Assembly (NCBI RefSeq): GCF_009914755.1 | Contig: NC_060925.1 | Strand: one strand, 5' to 3' | DNA: 64,000 nucleotides | From: the human T2T-CHM13v2.0 reference genome, Homo sapiens | Shown: positions 1-23,731 of the stretch, piece after piece | Layout: each line of letters opens with the position of its first letter | Position numbering within the stretch: position 1 is the first letter of the stretch | Made by a program: the position numbers and the translations under genes | Notes under the pieces: model-generated | Databases searched by the model: none | Seen by the model: the letters and a program-made list of their open reading frames with translations, nothing else | Told to the model about the DNA's origin: nothing

Positions 1-577
1 ATGTCTTCTTAAGCTACTTAAAATGACTTATTTTAAAACCCCATGAACGAAATTTAATTGAAAGTTAATGTCAAATACCATTATTATCTTTGAACTAAAT
101 GTGAAATTAAATACTGATAAATTTTCATTAATTCTAGAACGATTGATACTCTGTCAAAGTCCTCCTATAATTCCTTTGATTTCTCCTGACTGATTTGGTT
201 GTAACTATGTGGGCTCTTTTTTTCTTCTAGCTTCTTAAATGCTGGTATTCTCCAGGGTTCTCCCTTCAGATTTCTATCTTCCCACAACCTATTCTCTTTC
301 CCTACATAATCTCACCCATATCCAAAATTTAAGTTATCACCTACTTACTGATAATTCCTGGATTAATATTTCTCACTCTGATCTATCTCTGAAACTCCAG
401 TTTCATTTTGTGATTGCTACCAAACATCTCCACTGGGGGTCCCACAGGCACTGCAAATTCAACATGTCTACATGTTAATTTATATTCCTTCCCAAACTTG
501 CTCCATCTCAGCCCCCTTTTTCACTCTTCACCTAGTCGCTGAGAATGAAATACTGAATTGTTTAAATATGAATAATA

Positions 578-862
578 GGCGGCTGGTGGCTCACACCTAT
601 AATCCCAACACTTTGGGAGGCCAAGGCAGGTGGATCACCTGAGGTCAGGGAGTTCAAGAACAGCCTGGCCAACATGCTGAAACCCCATTTCTACTTAAAA
701 TACAAAAAATTAGCCAGGCTTGGTGGCGGGCACCTGTAATTCCAGCTACTCAGGAGGCTGAGGCAGGAGGATCACTTGAACCCAGGAGACGGAGGCTGCA
801 GTGAGCCCAAATTGTGCCACTGCCCTCCAGCCTGGGCAACAAGAGCAAAACCCTGTCTCAAA
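578..862 (+). mobile_element. Alu (AluS)
   Basis: Dimeric Alu consensus. Confidence 0.9.
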
Positions 863-1272
863 TACGTACATAAAATATTGAATGTCTACCATACCCTAAT
901 ATGGTAGGATGAATACTTAACACTAAGTATGAACTTAACACTAAGTATTTTGTGTAAATTAGCTAATTTAATTATCAAAAGAAGCCTGTTTTCTGTGCTC
1001 CTGTGCCCTCTTCCCACCTCTTTTCTGGTCCTCATACCATTGCATTGTTGCTGTTTGTTCCCATGTCTATGTTCATTTCAGTGACCATGTCATATTCACT
1101 TTAACATCTTCACTATTGTGCGGTGTTTGGCATACATTAGATAACTAAATATTTGTTGACCGAATTAATGAATATATAACTGAGTGAATAACATTTTAAT
1201 AATAATATGTTTCCTGGATAGTCTACGGGGAAAACAGGATCATTAAAATAGTCACAAAACTGCATTCTCTGG

Positions 1273-1710
1273 CTGTGGTGGCTTGTTTACAAAATGGCCC
1301 CTAATGAACCATGCCTCCCAGTATCACATATTCTTGTAGAAACCATTCCCACATTGAATCTGGGGTAGCTCTGTGGTTGGTTTCAATCAATAGAATGTGG
1401 CAGAAGTGATATTTTGTAGTTTCTAAGGTTGGGCTTCAGGTGTCTACAGCTTCCAACTTCTCTCCTTTTGGGATATTTGTTTTTGGAAACCAACCAATAT
1501 GCTGTGAGTAGCCCAAGGCACAGAGAAGCCATGTGGAGAAAAACTGAGGGTCAACAGCCCCAGCTGATTTCCCAGGTGCCAGTCAGCATGAACTCCCAGG
1601 CCTTTGAATGAGCCATCTTTAATATTCCAGACCATTTGAGTAACAGATGACTGCAGCCTCAGTCAACATCATGTAGGCCAAAAGAGCTTCTCAGCTGAGC
1701 CCAGTCAATT
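1273..1710 (+). mobile_element. MaLR LTR (MLT1-type)
   Basis: AAAATGGCCCCTAATGAACCATGCCTCCCAGTATCAC, AATAGAATGTGGCAGAAGTGA motifs. Confidence 0.55.
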
Positions 1711-2928
1711 CCTCTCCTACTGTGGGTTCATGTGATCATGTCTTATGTGCATGCAATATCAAAAGTGATAATTTTGTGGACTTGTAAAGTCTTTGCCACT
1801 GCCACAGTGCCTGTCGATGTCTATGCTAATGCCGCTGGTACCTGATGTTGAGGGTGCAGATCTCTACACGGGTGTGGTCTCAGGTTACCACAGAACTGTT
1901 GTCATGAATACTGCTGATCTGTTGCCCTTTAGAGTCTCACAGAGATCACTGTGAAACAGCCTTTAATATTTACCCATATTTTTATTGAACCCCCTTCACT
2001 CTAGGACTCAGGCCTGAATTGATGGGGACTGGTCCAATAAATAATATAAAAGTGATAGACAGACAGACAGAAATAGTGCTACACCCATAATCCTTACTCC
2101 TTTTATCCTGGCCCATTATCTTTTAGGCATGCTTCTGTGCCATGGCATTCTCTTCCCTTGGATTCAAGTCTTTGCAAGAAAACTCCAAGGTATTTCATGT
2201 AATCAGATCCAAGAATATGAACCCTACCAGATCTTTAGACATGCCCAGAGAAGACCGAAACCAAGATGTTCAACATGTCCAGACAAGTAAATCTAAGACT
2301 AGAGACATTTATCAGTGCAGGATACCTCCCCTATCTTCACGATTATCTGCTAACAGCTATACCCTTCTTCTTGGAGAAATTGCTCTTCCCCCTTTCCAAG
2401 TAGTTGTGGTTGGACTGCTGGTTATAGAACATCACTCCACCCCGGTCCATAGGGATGGGCACATGATCTTGTTCTGGTCAATCATAGAACTTCAGTTCTC
2501 TAGGGAAAGGAATTGTTCTAACGGGTGAGTACAGGCCCCAAGACAGAACATTCAGAGTCCTTCTCTGAGATTTTTTTTTTCTAGGAAGGGACTCTTTCTT
2601 GAGTGAGAAGGTTGTAATCCTGGGCTTCCATGGGGCAAACACCTAGAGGAGACAATGAGGCCCAAAAGACTTAAGCAGATGAGAGGTGGATGTTGCAAGC
2701 AAGAGTGAGTGCTGGTTCTGTCAAGTCTGAAGTTTCTCTCCCTGACATACCTGAAGTTACCTGCTCCCCACAGAAATTCTGTCAGTTCCATAACAGGCCC
2801 CATTCTTCTTCCATTAATTCCCATTTTTTCACATAGTGAGTTTGAGTTGAATTTCTGTCAGTTACAATTAAAAAAACTTTGGACTATTGCAAATATAAGC
2901 ACAATAGAAGGATAGAAATACTTTTTCT

Positions 2929-3228
2929 GGCTGGATGTGGTGGCTCACACCTGTAATCCCAGCACTTTGGGAGGCCGAGGCAGGTGTATCACCTGAGGTC
3001 GGGAGTTCGAGACCAGCCTGGCCAACATGGTGAAAGCCTGTCTCTATCAAAAACTACAAAAATTAGCCAGGCGTGTTGGCAGGCACCTGTAATCCCAGCT
3101 ACTCAGGAGGCTGAGGCAGGATAATAGCTTAAACTTGGGAAGCAGAGGTTGCAGTGAGCCGAGATCATGCATGCCACTGCACTCCAGCCTGGGCGACAGA
3201 GCAGACTCTGTCAAAAAAAAAATAAAAA
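2929..3228 (+). mobile_element. Alu (AluS)
   Basis: Alu consensus plus A tail. Confidence 0.9.
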
Positions 3229-3377
3229 GATTGTAGGGGCTAACTAGTTCTCTCGTACTGCTCTCTCTAGCATTTTGGAACTGATAAAATCTACTAGCTA
3301 CTTCATTTTACTGTGTTTGTATCCAATGTAATAATACTACATTGGATACCTATTACTTTGTTTACCCGACATCCCTT

Positions 3378-4139
3378 TGTTACTGGCGGGTCTTTGTTCT
3401 TAGAGCTCCCAAGATGGGGTAAGCCGCTTCCAAGATGGTGGCAAGCCTTTTGTTCTCTGACCTGGGGTTCTTGGCCTCATGGATTCTAAGGAATGGAACC
3501 TTGAGCCATGTGGTGAGTGTTATAGCTCTATTAGAAGCCGTGGGTCACGGAAGAGAACCGTGGAACCCAGCCACTAGTGTTCAGCTCGATTGGGATGAAC
3601 CTGGGCACTTAGCCGTGAAGGAACAATGGCGAGCCTCTAGCCCGATCCGCAGCGGCGATGGGCGCCTCGCTGGGTCAGAAACGCAGTGTACACCCTGCCG
3701 GATCCAGAGGGGTGGAAGTCAGTGGTGGGTCTGCGACAACGGCAATCAGCAGTAGTGGACGGCGAGCGAAAGCTCAGCTCCAGCCAGAACAAACGTGGAC
3801 CAGAAGAGTGTGCAGTTGCAAGATTTAATAGAGTGAAAACAGAGCTCCCATAGAAGGGGAGGGGACCCAAAGGGGGTTTCCCCTGCCCGCTCGAATTCCT
3901 GGGTTTATATCCCAATCATTGTCCCTCCCGCTATGCGCTCAGGCGATAGATGATTTGACTATTTCTTTACCTCCTGCTTTTAGCCTAATTGGTATTTTAG
4001 TGAGCCCTCTTTACTACCTGATGGGTCAGGTGTGAGCTGAGTTACAAGCCTCGTGTTTGAAGGTGGGTGTGGTCACCTTCCACAGCTAGGCTTAGGAATT
4101 CTTAGTCGGCCTAGGGAATCCAGCTAGTCCTGTCTCTCA
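3378..4139 (-). mobile_element. Solo HERV-W LTR (LTR17), full length
   Basis: Minus strand begins TGAGAGACAGGACTAGCTGGATT and ends CAGTAACA; TATA GATATAAA at 3904-3911; colinear with recalled LTR17. Confidence 0.9.
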
Positions 4140-5760
4140 CTATCTTCTGAGAATTATTTCTCACATTAACCTTTTGTGGTAGATTAAAAGATTGGCGCTA
4201 CCCTTCCTGCTTCCCTGTCCCCCACTTTAAACAATAGCTTCACTGTGGGCAGAAGGTATTTCTTTCCCCTTGACTTAGTGTCCAGTCATGTGACTTTCTT
4301 TGACCAATGGCTTGGTCAGGCAGTAGCAGCAGTGTTAGAACGGCTCTGAACCTAAACTTCAGAGGCTCTTGTGTTCCCTGTCTAGCTTAGGGGCCCAGGA
4401 GGAGTGAGATCTGGGTTCCTAAGACCCACTATTCCACTAGAATGGAGTACAGCCACTCTAGTCATCACTGCCTGGCAGGGCTGCCCTAGCCAACCGTCAG
4501 ATCCGTGAAAATGAATGATAGTGGTGTTAAACCACTAGTTGGGGCACTTTGTTATAGAACATTGTAGTGATAATAACCTAACTGATATACCTCCCACCCC
4601 AGCCCACTCACTCCCAATCATAGGGTTCCCACACAATTTACCAGGTTCTTCTTACACTATCAGATCCTCTTTCCTGTCATCAGTTAGTCCAGAGGCTGAA
4701 TGGGCCCCTGGGAGCTCTTCTCAGCATTTTGTACTTGGAGGGGGAGCATTGAGCACTCTTTCTTGTGGCAGAAAGTCTGAAGTGTGAGACCTGGGAGTTG
4801 TTAGCCTCGTTGGCCACCCCGTGGGGAAAGCAGATTTGCAGTGAGAAAGAAGTCAGGAGGCGGAGAGTGACACCTAGGGGCTTTTTAGAGTTCCTAGCTG
4901 CAGTTATTCCACACTTCAGCTTGAACCTCCGTGACCTGTCTCCGCTTCTCCTTGGCTCTTAATCGCATTTTGCTTCTCTTATTCCCCATTTTTTTCTGTT
5001 GTAATCTTTCTGAAGAACAGGACAGGGTCTCATTCACGTTTGTATTTCCCGAAGTACTCTATCAAGTGTCTTACATGTTATAGACACTCAATAAATACTT
5101 GTGGAATTAAAGTGGTCCCCCTGCCCAAATCCCTGAGTGAGAACTAGATCCTCCTCCTTTGTCTGAACATGTCCATATGTACTCTAAGCTACCTACTTTA
5201 TACTGGAGGTTCATTTTTCAATCATTTCCCATAATTTGACTAAAATTAAATCCGTAAGTTGAAATTGGATGAATGACCCAGTAAGCTAGTTTTTTAAAGT
5301 TCAGAGTATTTGCTGTTGAAAAACCAACAAGTTGAATTTATTATCCTTTAGGTTAAGGTCTATTTTAGTCTCAAGATTCCATAGTTTCATGGTATATACA
5401 GTTAACTACTTTTCCAATCATAAATACAAAAATTTTCTGGTAACCCTCTTAAGGAGAGTTAGTCGAAAAATTGCTTTGGCTCTGAGTTGCTCAGCTGAAA
5501 AGAAAAAGAAATGCCTAGGTTTATTTTTCCTGATATCTTTACATAGGAATTTTCTGGGCTCAATCCTAGAACTTCTTTCCTTTTCTATCTATAGTCTATA
5601 TCTAATTTCTTGGTAATCCCATTCATGCTTGTGGCTTTAAATTCCATCTATATGCAGGTGATACTCAAATTTATATATCCAGCTTGGTCTCTCCTCTGAA
5701 TTCCAGGTTCATATGACCCAACCAATTCAACATCTTATCTAGATAACAGGCATTTCGAAC

Positions 5761-12772
<7,012 letters not shown>

Positions 12773-13440
12773 GTATTTCAAATTTAACATGTTCCAAAAC
12801 AAATTATTCATTTCCTTCCCCATTCCTCTACAAAATATATTCCTTTTAAAGTTTTACCCATCTCAGTTAATGGCCACTTTACCCAACCTTTCTAGTTACT
12901 TTTGCCAGAATCTGTAGAATAAAATTGTTTTCACTTCTTGGCTTAATACCCTTCAACAGCTTCCCATCTCAACCATCAAAAGAGCTTCCCTACACAACTG
13001 TCCACTACTCTTCACTGCAGTTACGTCTCTGACCCCCATTTCCTTTTATTCATCTGCTACTGTTCTCCTCTTGCTCTTCCCACACCGGCCTCCATACTGA
13101 TCCTTGAACTCTTTTTCTTACTCTTCGCCATCTCCTGTCTGTCTGAAATGCTCTTGTCCAAATTAACTCCATGGCCTGCTTCCTCGCTTCTATTAGATCT
13201 TTGCTCAAATATTGTATTTCAGAGTGATCTTCTCCGAGCATATTAAACTTGCTGTCTACCTTTCCCACTTAATTTTCTCCAAGTGCTTATCACCATCTAA
13301 TATTGTATTTTACTTTCTGTCTCTCTTCTCAGACTAGAATGAAAACTCCATGGGGACCAAACTTTTGTCTGTTTTGTTTACCCCTTTATCCTCAGTGCTA
13401 GAATAATTATTGGAACATATTACACACTCAAGAAATATTT
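12773..13440. mobile_element. L2 fragments
   Basis: L2 3'-region motifs continuing from 5600-5760. Confidence 0.55.
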
Positions 13441-13443
13441 TCT

Positions 13444-14238
<795 letters not shown>

Positions 14239-14253
14239 AAAGTAGATAAGTAT

Positions 14254-15105
14254 TGATAAGGTTTGGATTTGTGTGCCAGCCTAAATCTCATGTGAAATTG
14301 GAGGAGGGGCCTGGTGGGAGATGATTGGATCATGGGGGCAGATTTTACCCTTGGTGTTCTCCTGATAGTGAGACTATCACTATCAGTGATTGATAGTGAG
14401 ACTATCACTATCAGTGATTGATAGTGAGACTATCACTATCAGTGATTGATAGTGAGACTATCACTATCAGTGATTGATAGTGAGACTATCACTATCAGTG
14501 ATTGATAGTGAGACTATCACTATCATCAGTGATTGATAGTGAGACTATCACTATCATCAGTGATTGATAGTGAGACTATCACTATCAGTGATTGATAGTG
14601 AGACTATCACTATCAGTGATTGATAGTGAGACTATCACTATCAGTGATTGATAGTGAGACTATCACTATCAGTGATTGATAGTGAGACTATCACTATCAG
14701 TGATTGATAGTGAGACTATCACTATCAGTGATTGATAGTGAGACTATCACTATCAGTGATTGATAGTGAGACTATCACTATCAGTGATTGATAGTGAGAC
14801 TATCACTATCAGTGATAATGAGTGAGTTCTCAGAAGATCTAATTGTTTAAAAGTGTGTGGCACTTTCCCCTGCTCGCTCTCTCTCCTGCCACCATGTGAA
14901 AAAGGTGTTTGCTTCCCCTTCGTCTTCCATCATGATTGTAAGTTTTCTGAGGCCTCCTAGTCATGCTTCTTGTGAGTCAGAACTGTGAGTCAATTAAACC
15001 TCTGCAATTAAACCTGCAGAACTGTGAGTCAATTAAGCCTCTTTTCTTCATAAATTACTCAGTCTCAGGTAGTTCTTTATAACAGTGTGAGAACAAACTA
15101 ATACA
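14254..15105 (+). mobile_element. Solo MaLR MST LTR expanded by an internal minisatellite
   Basis: TGATAAGGTTTGG...ACTAATACA termini; 5-bp TSD AGTAT (14249-53 / 15106-10). Confidence 0.85.
14363..14816. repeat. Minisatellite, 16 units of TGATAGTGAGACTATCACTATCAGTGAT (14 x 28 bp + 2 x 31 bp)
   Basis: Units counted directly; units 6 and 7 carry an extra TCA; otherwise identical. Confidence 0.98.
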
Positions 15106-15570
15106 AGTATATAAGTCAGGACAAAGATGGATGGACCAAAATGATAAATAATAATTCTCATGCAGTGGTGCATGCTTGTGGTCCCTACTTGGGAGGCTGA
15201 GGCTGGAGGATCCCTTGAGGCCAGGAGTTTGAGGCTGTAGCATGCTATGATAGTGTCTGTGATAGATGCTACATAAACATTCTTATTTAATAGCCATATG
15301 CTTATTTTAATGTGTATCAGGAAAAATAAAACAGCATATCACAAATGTGATTTTCTGGATATGACTTATTAGGATGAGGCTAAAGCAGGTAGAGCTGTAG
15401 TAATCTGTACGACGCATTAATTACAGAAGAAGACTCAGACCTGCCCATGATTGTTATACACCTGCAGGGACTGAATTTTCTCCTGTAACTGTTCATAAGA
15501 ATGTATAACTTGGATGATGCTATTCACTAGTATGTTTTTAAATTTTTAATATTTATTTATTTATTTTTAA

Positions 15571-15705
<135 letters not shown>

Positions 15706-16266
15706 TGAACTGAATTTTCAAGCTCATTCCTGCATTATTTTCAGCACTAAATTGAAATATGACTTTGAGAAGCTGACAATTGTTGAGTACTGAAGTATTA
15801 AAATGATTGCTTGAAAACACAATCTAGTCACTGTTGTATACACCAGCAAAAAACAAAAACAGAAAATACCTGAGAATGCACTTGAAGTTTGGAGAGAAGT
15901 GTTTAAATGGTACTTTTCAAATTGCCAATTGAATTGTAAAAACCACTGAAGACCATTGGCTTCTATGCAGATGGGTCCTCACTCTTTCATTTGAATAGAT
16001 GGCACCCTAAATCTTTCTGGAGAAAATCCTCATGTTTTAGAATTGTTTGTATGAATAGATTTGCAAACCAGACTATCTTATTGATATCTTTGTTAATTTG
16101 GACAACTTACAATCACTATTAGAATGCACACTTACATTATATGTGAAGGCCAAGTGAATGAGAAGATCTGCAAAACAGAATGATGGGTGTGCACCTTGAT
16201 CATGTGAACTCTATTCTTTTTTGTTCCCCTTTTTTTTAAGAGACAAGGTCTTGCTCTGTCACCTAG

Positions 16267-16356
<90 letters not shown>

Positions 16357-17144
16357 TAAGACTACAGGTATGTGCCACCATGCCCAGCTAGCAGAGCTCT
16401 ATTCTTTATCTGAAAAATTCTCTAAAAGTATTTAGGACATTATGAAAGACTTCATAAGATTTTTTCTTATTGATTGGCAAGAGTGAATCAATAAAACCTT
16501 ATTTACCTTATCATCAGCTATTGTTTATAGCAATTGATACCAATTTTCCATCCAAACAATAATACTAATAAGTAATAATAATGTGTCACTGTTAACAATA
16601 ACTATTATCATTGCATTTCTGAAATGGCCTTTTTTACTTACAGTCACTGAGGCTCTAGGTCAATTTTGAAGCAGACAGAACAAGCGGGAAGGGGAAGTTA
16701 ATGGGATAAAATCTTTCTCTCCCCTTCCACTCATAGTTGAATTTGCCTAAGTGAAATCGTACATCAGTAGGCCAGTCAGTAATTCCCTGCAGCTATCTCA
16801 TATTCTAGAATTGACTAGGAAGAATCCTCTATTTACGTTCCTTTCCTTGAAGTTTTTCTTGTCTTTAATGTGTTCAGTATTTTATAAATTATTTACAAAT
16901 TATCACATATAATATACTCCTCCTAAAAATAGGAAGTTATAGAAAAGCAAAAGGAAGAAAAAAATCATAATTCCATAATCCAAAGAAAACTACTATTGAT
17001 AGCTTGTTGTATTTTTTTCTACATATAGTTTTTGTTTGGCTTATAAAGTTGAGCTTCAATGCAGTGGTCTTTCAAATGTTTTCCTTGAGTCTTCTTAAAA
17101 GAAGATTTTCAAACTACGTACTCCCTTGCATATTTTAGAATTAA

Positions 17145-17466
<322 letters not shown>

Positions 17467-17723
17467 AAAATATTTTTAAAGCTCTAAATAAACTTACTTT
17501 CTTTTAAATATAATAGAGTGATTGAACATTTCAAAGACGAAAAAACTAAGACGAGGCTGTTAAAGACACAGATATGCCATGATATGATTTGATAAAATAG
17601 CCTTTTACTATCTTATTGAATAAAGTTAACCAAATCTGAAAGAAATCAAGTAAAATTTTACATATAAATTTTATCCAATGTTTAAAAAAAAAAAAGTAAT
17701 GGTTCATCAAAAATCCCATTTAT

Positions 17724-18078
<355 letters not shown>

Positions 18079-18701
18079 CTAGATTCAGAGATCCAAAATG
18101 GGCTCAAATATCCCTGAATTGGCTAAAATTCTGAGTATCCCAGCATGGGCTGAAATAGAAATATTTTAGTGAGCTTCACATATATCTATATGACAGGAAA
18201 AGGCTTAAAGTCTTGGATGTTTAAAATACCTTGATTAATTATCCAAGGAGCCCTCCCTAAAACCAGTATTTCCATTTATCCATTTGTTTGATATTCTGGA
18301 GCTATTTACACCCAAGGCAATGCACTACATGAGATTTGAGATGGAGGGATGCTATTCACTATGAATTTAGAGAATGATTACTGTGAACCCCGGCTCATTT
18401 TCAAGGAAATCAGATTTAGGAAAGAGCACATATGGAATTTGAGAATCTGAAAACTGACCTCCTTAAAGGTGTGCACGCAGTCTTCAAGAGCTAGAGTTGT
18501 ATGTTGAAGGTTTTGAATTTACCTTCACTTACTGGCGTTGTAAAGTCTCTAAGAAGCTCTTAGGAAATAAGTCAACATTGGCTTTTAATGCACACCTCAC
18601 AGGAAATGGTGATGATTCAATCTTTTTTCTCCAACAAAGCTGAATGAGCCATGAGGTGCTGGACACTGAGAAGAAAAGAGCAGCTGCTACAGATACCATC
18701 A

Positions 18702-19447
<746 letters not shown>

Positions 19448-19449
19448 CT

Positions 19450-21665
<2,216 letters not shown>

Positions 21666-21839
21666 GAAACAAGTGTATAATTAATAACAATGCTGGTTGT
21701 AAATTAAAACTAAGCGTCATATTTTTGGTGTCAAAATGTTTGACATTTTTAAGAAAACATGTATAAGTGTTCTGCCTCTTGGATGAGACCATTTTAAATT
21801 AAGCTGTAAAAAAAAAGTACCGACAAAACAGTTCACTTT

Positions 21840-22030
21840 CAGTAATCTGGATTTCCCCAAATAGTGACACGAGAGCCAGTCATTTCGAATTGGACAGTTT
21901 GAGTTCCTCTTCAAGAGTCTGCAATGTAGGTCAGGGCTCTGCTGACATTTCCATTGACCTCAGAAGTGAAAATCTAAAGTGAGTGCTGACAGGCAGGCAG
22001 TGAGGAAAGAAGACATGACACAGCCAACAA
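21840..22030 (+). promoter_or_regulatory. IL23R proximal promoter with consensus RORE AATGTAGGTCA (21923-21933) and near-NF-kB GGATTTCCCC (21849-21858)
   Basis: Repeat-free sequence directly 5' of exon 1; exact match to WAWNTRGGTCA. Confidence 0.6.
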
Positions 22031-22082
22031 GGGTGGCAGCCTGGCTCTGAAGTGGAATTATGTGCTTCAAACAGGTTGAAAG
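22027..22082 (+). other. IL23R: IL23R exon 1 (5' UTR, non-coding); start approximate
   Basis: ACAAGGGTGGCAGCC...GTTGAAAG matches the recalled IL23R mRNA leader; donor AG|GTAAAT at 22083. Confidence 0.85.
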
Positions 22083-22654
22083 GTAAATAGGCAGCGATCA
22101 TCCAAATACTTAAAGACAGCTATATTTCCTTTTGGAAATACATGGGCCAAGTTGTTTTCTCTTGCAAGTTCTCATGATATTCCATGCAGTGGTTACTGAT
22201 GAAAAGGGAATCTATAATATTATATGGCATCACATTACTTTAAATAATAATTATTGCATATTTCCATCAGTTAACTTCTAACTAGGAACATTTTTAGGGC
22301 TTCTGTTGCTTCTTATGAAGAGAAGAATTACTATTGCTAACAAATAATGAAAGGGATCCCTATATTTCTGAGCCAAGGGGACCCCAGTTTTTTTAAATGT
22401 TACTAGATATTTTATGCGATATGATGAGCCATGCATTGCGTTCTCTTGTAGTTTTATAGAAAAAGCTCAGGTTTTATTAAACAGATAAAATAACTGAATA
22501 ATGTTGATCATTGAGTAAATGAGTTAATTCATGTAACTGATTAATCAAATAGTGTAACTCTAGTTGTAAACTAACAACGGTATTATTAGGAATTTCTATA
22601 ACGTGTTCCTTTCGCGTTCTCTACAGATGAAAGGCTTTTTCCTCTTTTTTAGGG

Positions 22655-22912
22655 GGTGCGGGGGACAAGGTCTCACTCTGTCGCCCAGGCTGGAGTGCAA
22701 TGGTGTGATCATGGTTCACTGCAACCTTCACCTCCCGGGTAGCTGGGATGACCGTCACATGCCACCACACTGGGCTAATTTTTGTATTTTTAGTAGGGAC
22801 AGGGTTTCACCCTGTTGCCCAGCCTGATCTCGAACTCCTGGGCTCAAGCAATCCACCGGCCTCTGCCTCCCAAAGTGCTGGGATTACAGGCATGAGCCAC
22901 CACGCCTCCCCA
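22655..22912 (-). mobile_element. Alu (AluJ-like, internal deletion) in intron 1
   Basis: Reverse Alu consensus. Confidence 0.8.
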
Positions 22913-23116
22913 GATGAAACGCTTTTTAGAGTCTCACTGGTGAGAGCACATATTGCTTAATCTCACTTCACTTTTCTTAATTTTGAATCCATTTTCTCTG
23001 GGAGTTCTGAAATTTTTGGCTCTTCCCAAGTTTAGCTCATCAAAGACTAGTATTTCTGGAGTGTGATAAGTATGTAACTTTGGCAGGGAGAAGAATTCAT
23101 CACCAGAAGTTAGCTC

Positions 23117-23296
23117 AGCCCAGGCACCATGGTTCATGCCTGTAATCCTAGCACTTTGGGAGGTTGAGTTGGGAGGACCGCTTGAGCCCAGGAGTTTGAG
23201 GTTACAGTGAGCTATGATAATGCCGCTGCACTCCAGCCTGGGCTACAGAGCCTGGCCCTTGTCTCTAAAAAAATTTAAAACATAAAATAAAAAAAG
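23117..23296 (+). mobile_element. Alu monomer (FLAM/FRAM)
   Basis: Single arm plus A tail. Confidence 0.75.
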
Positions 23297-23480
23297 AAGT
23301 TAACTCAGAGGAGGAGGTTTCTGATGAGAAAGGCTAGATTAGGAGGCACTGTAATGGATCAAATGCCCTACTGAGTTAATTCATAGTGACTTTTGAAGAG
23401 TATAAAATTCCATTTATTTGCTTTACTTCTCCATCTCTTGTTATATCTCCTAAATATACCAGTAACATTTCTTTGCTCTG

Positions 23481-23525
23481 TTTCCTTCCTTCCTTTCTTC
23501 CTTCCTTCTTTCCTTCTTCCTCCCT
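23481..23525. repeat. (CTTC)n-like pyrimidine microsatellite
   Basis: Seen directly. Confidence 0.8.
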
Positions 23526-23661
23526 AATCAAAGGTTCCCATCAAATACAATAATTCTTAGGGAAAAATGTTATGCTTTTTATTATTTTACTAAAATACTA
23601 CAATTTAAACATTTTTCATATTTTTTTTCCAGAGGGAAACAGTCTTTTCCTGCTTCCAGAC

Positions 23662-23731
23662 ATGAATCAGGTCACTATTCAATGGGATGCAGTAATAGCC
23701 CTTTACATACTCTTCAGCTGGTGTCATGGAG
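23662..23731 (+). CDS. IL23R: IL23R exon 2, coding part (exon 23633-23731): signal peptide MNQVTIQWDAVIALYILFSWCHG
   Basis: Acceptor ttttttttccAG at 23631-32, ATG at 23662, donor G|GTATGG; 70 nt, phase 1; recognisable IL-23R N-terminus. Confidence 0.97.

Noticed and set aside
2142-2528. 128-aa ORF
   Set aside because: No recognisable domain or exon structure; runs into degenerate LTR-like sequence
14363-14816. CRISPR-like array of palindromic 28-bp repeats
   Set aside because: No unique spacers, no cas genes, eukaryotic LTR context; it is a head-to-tail minisatellite
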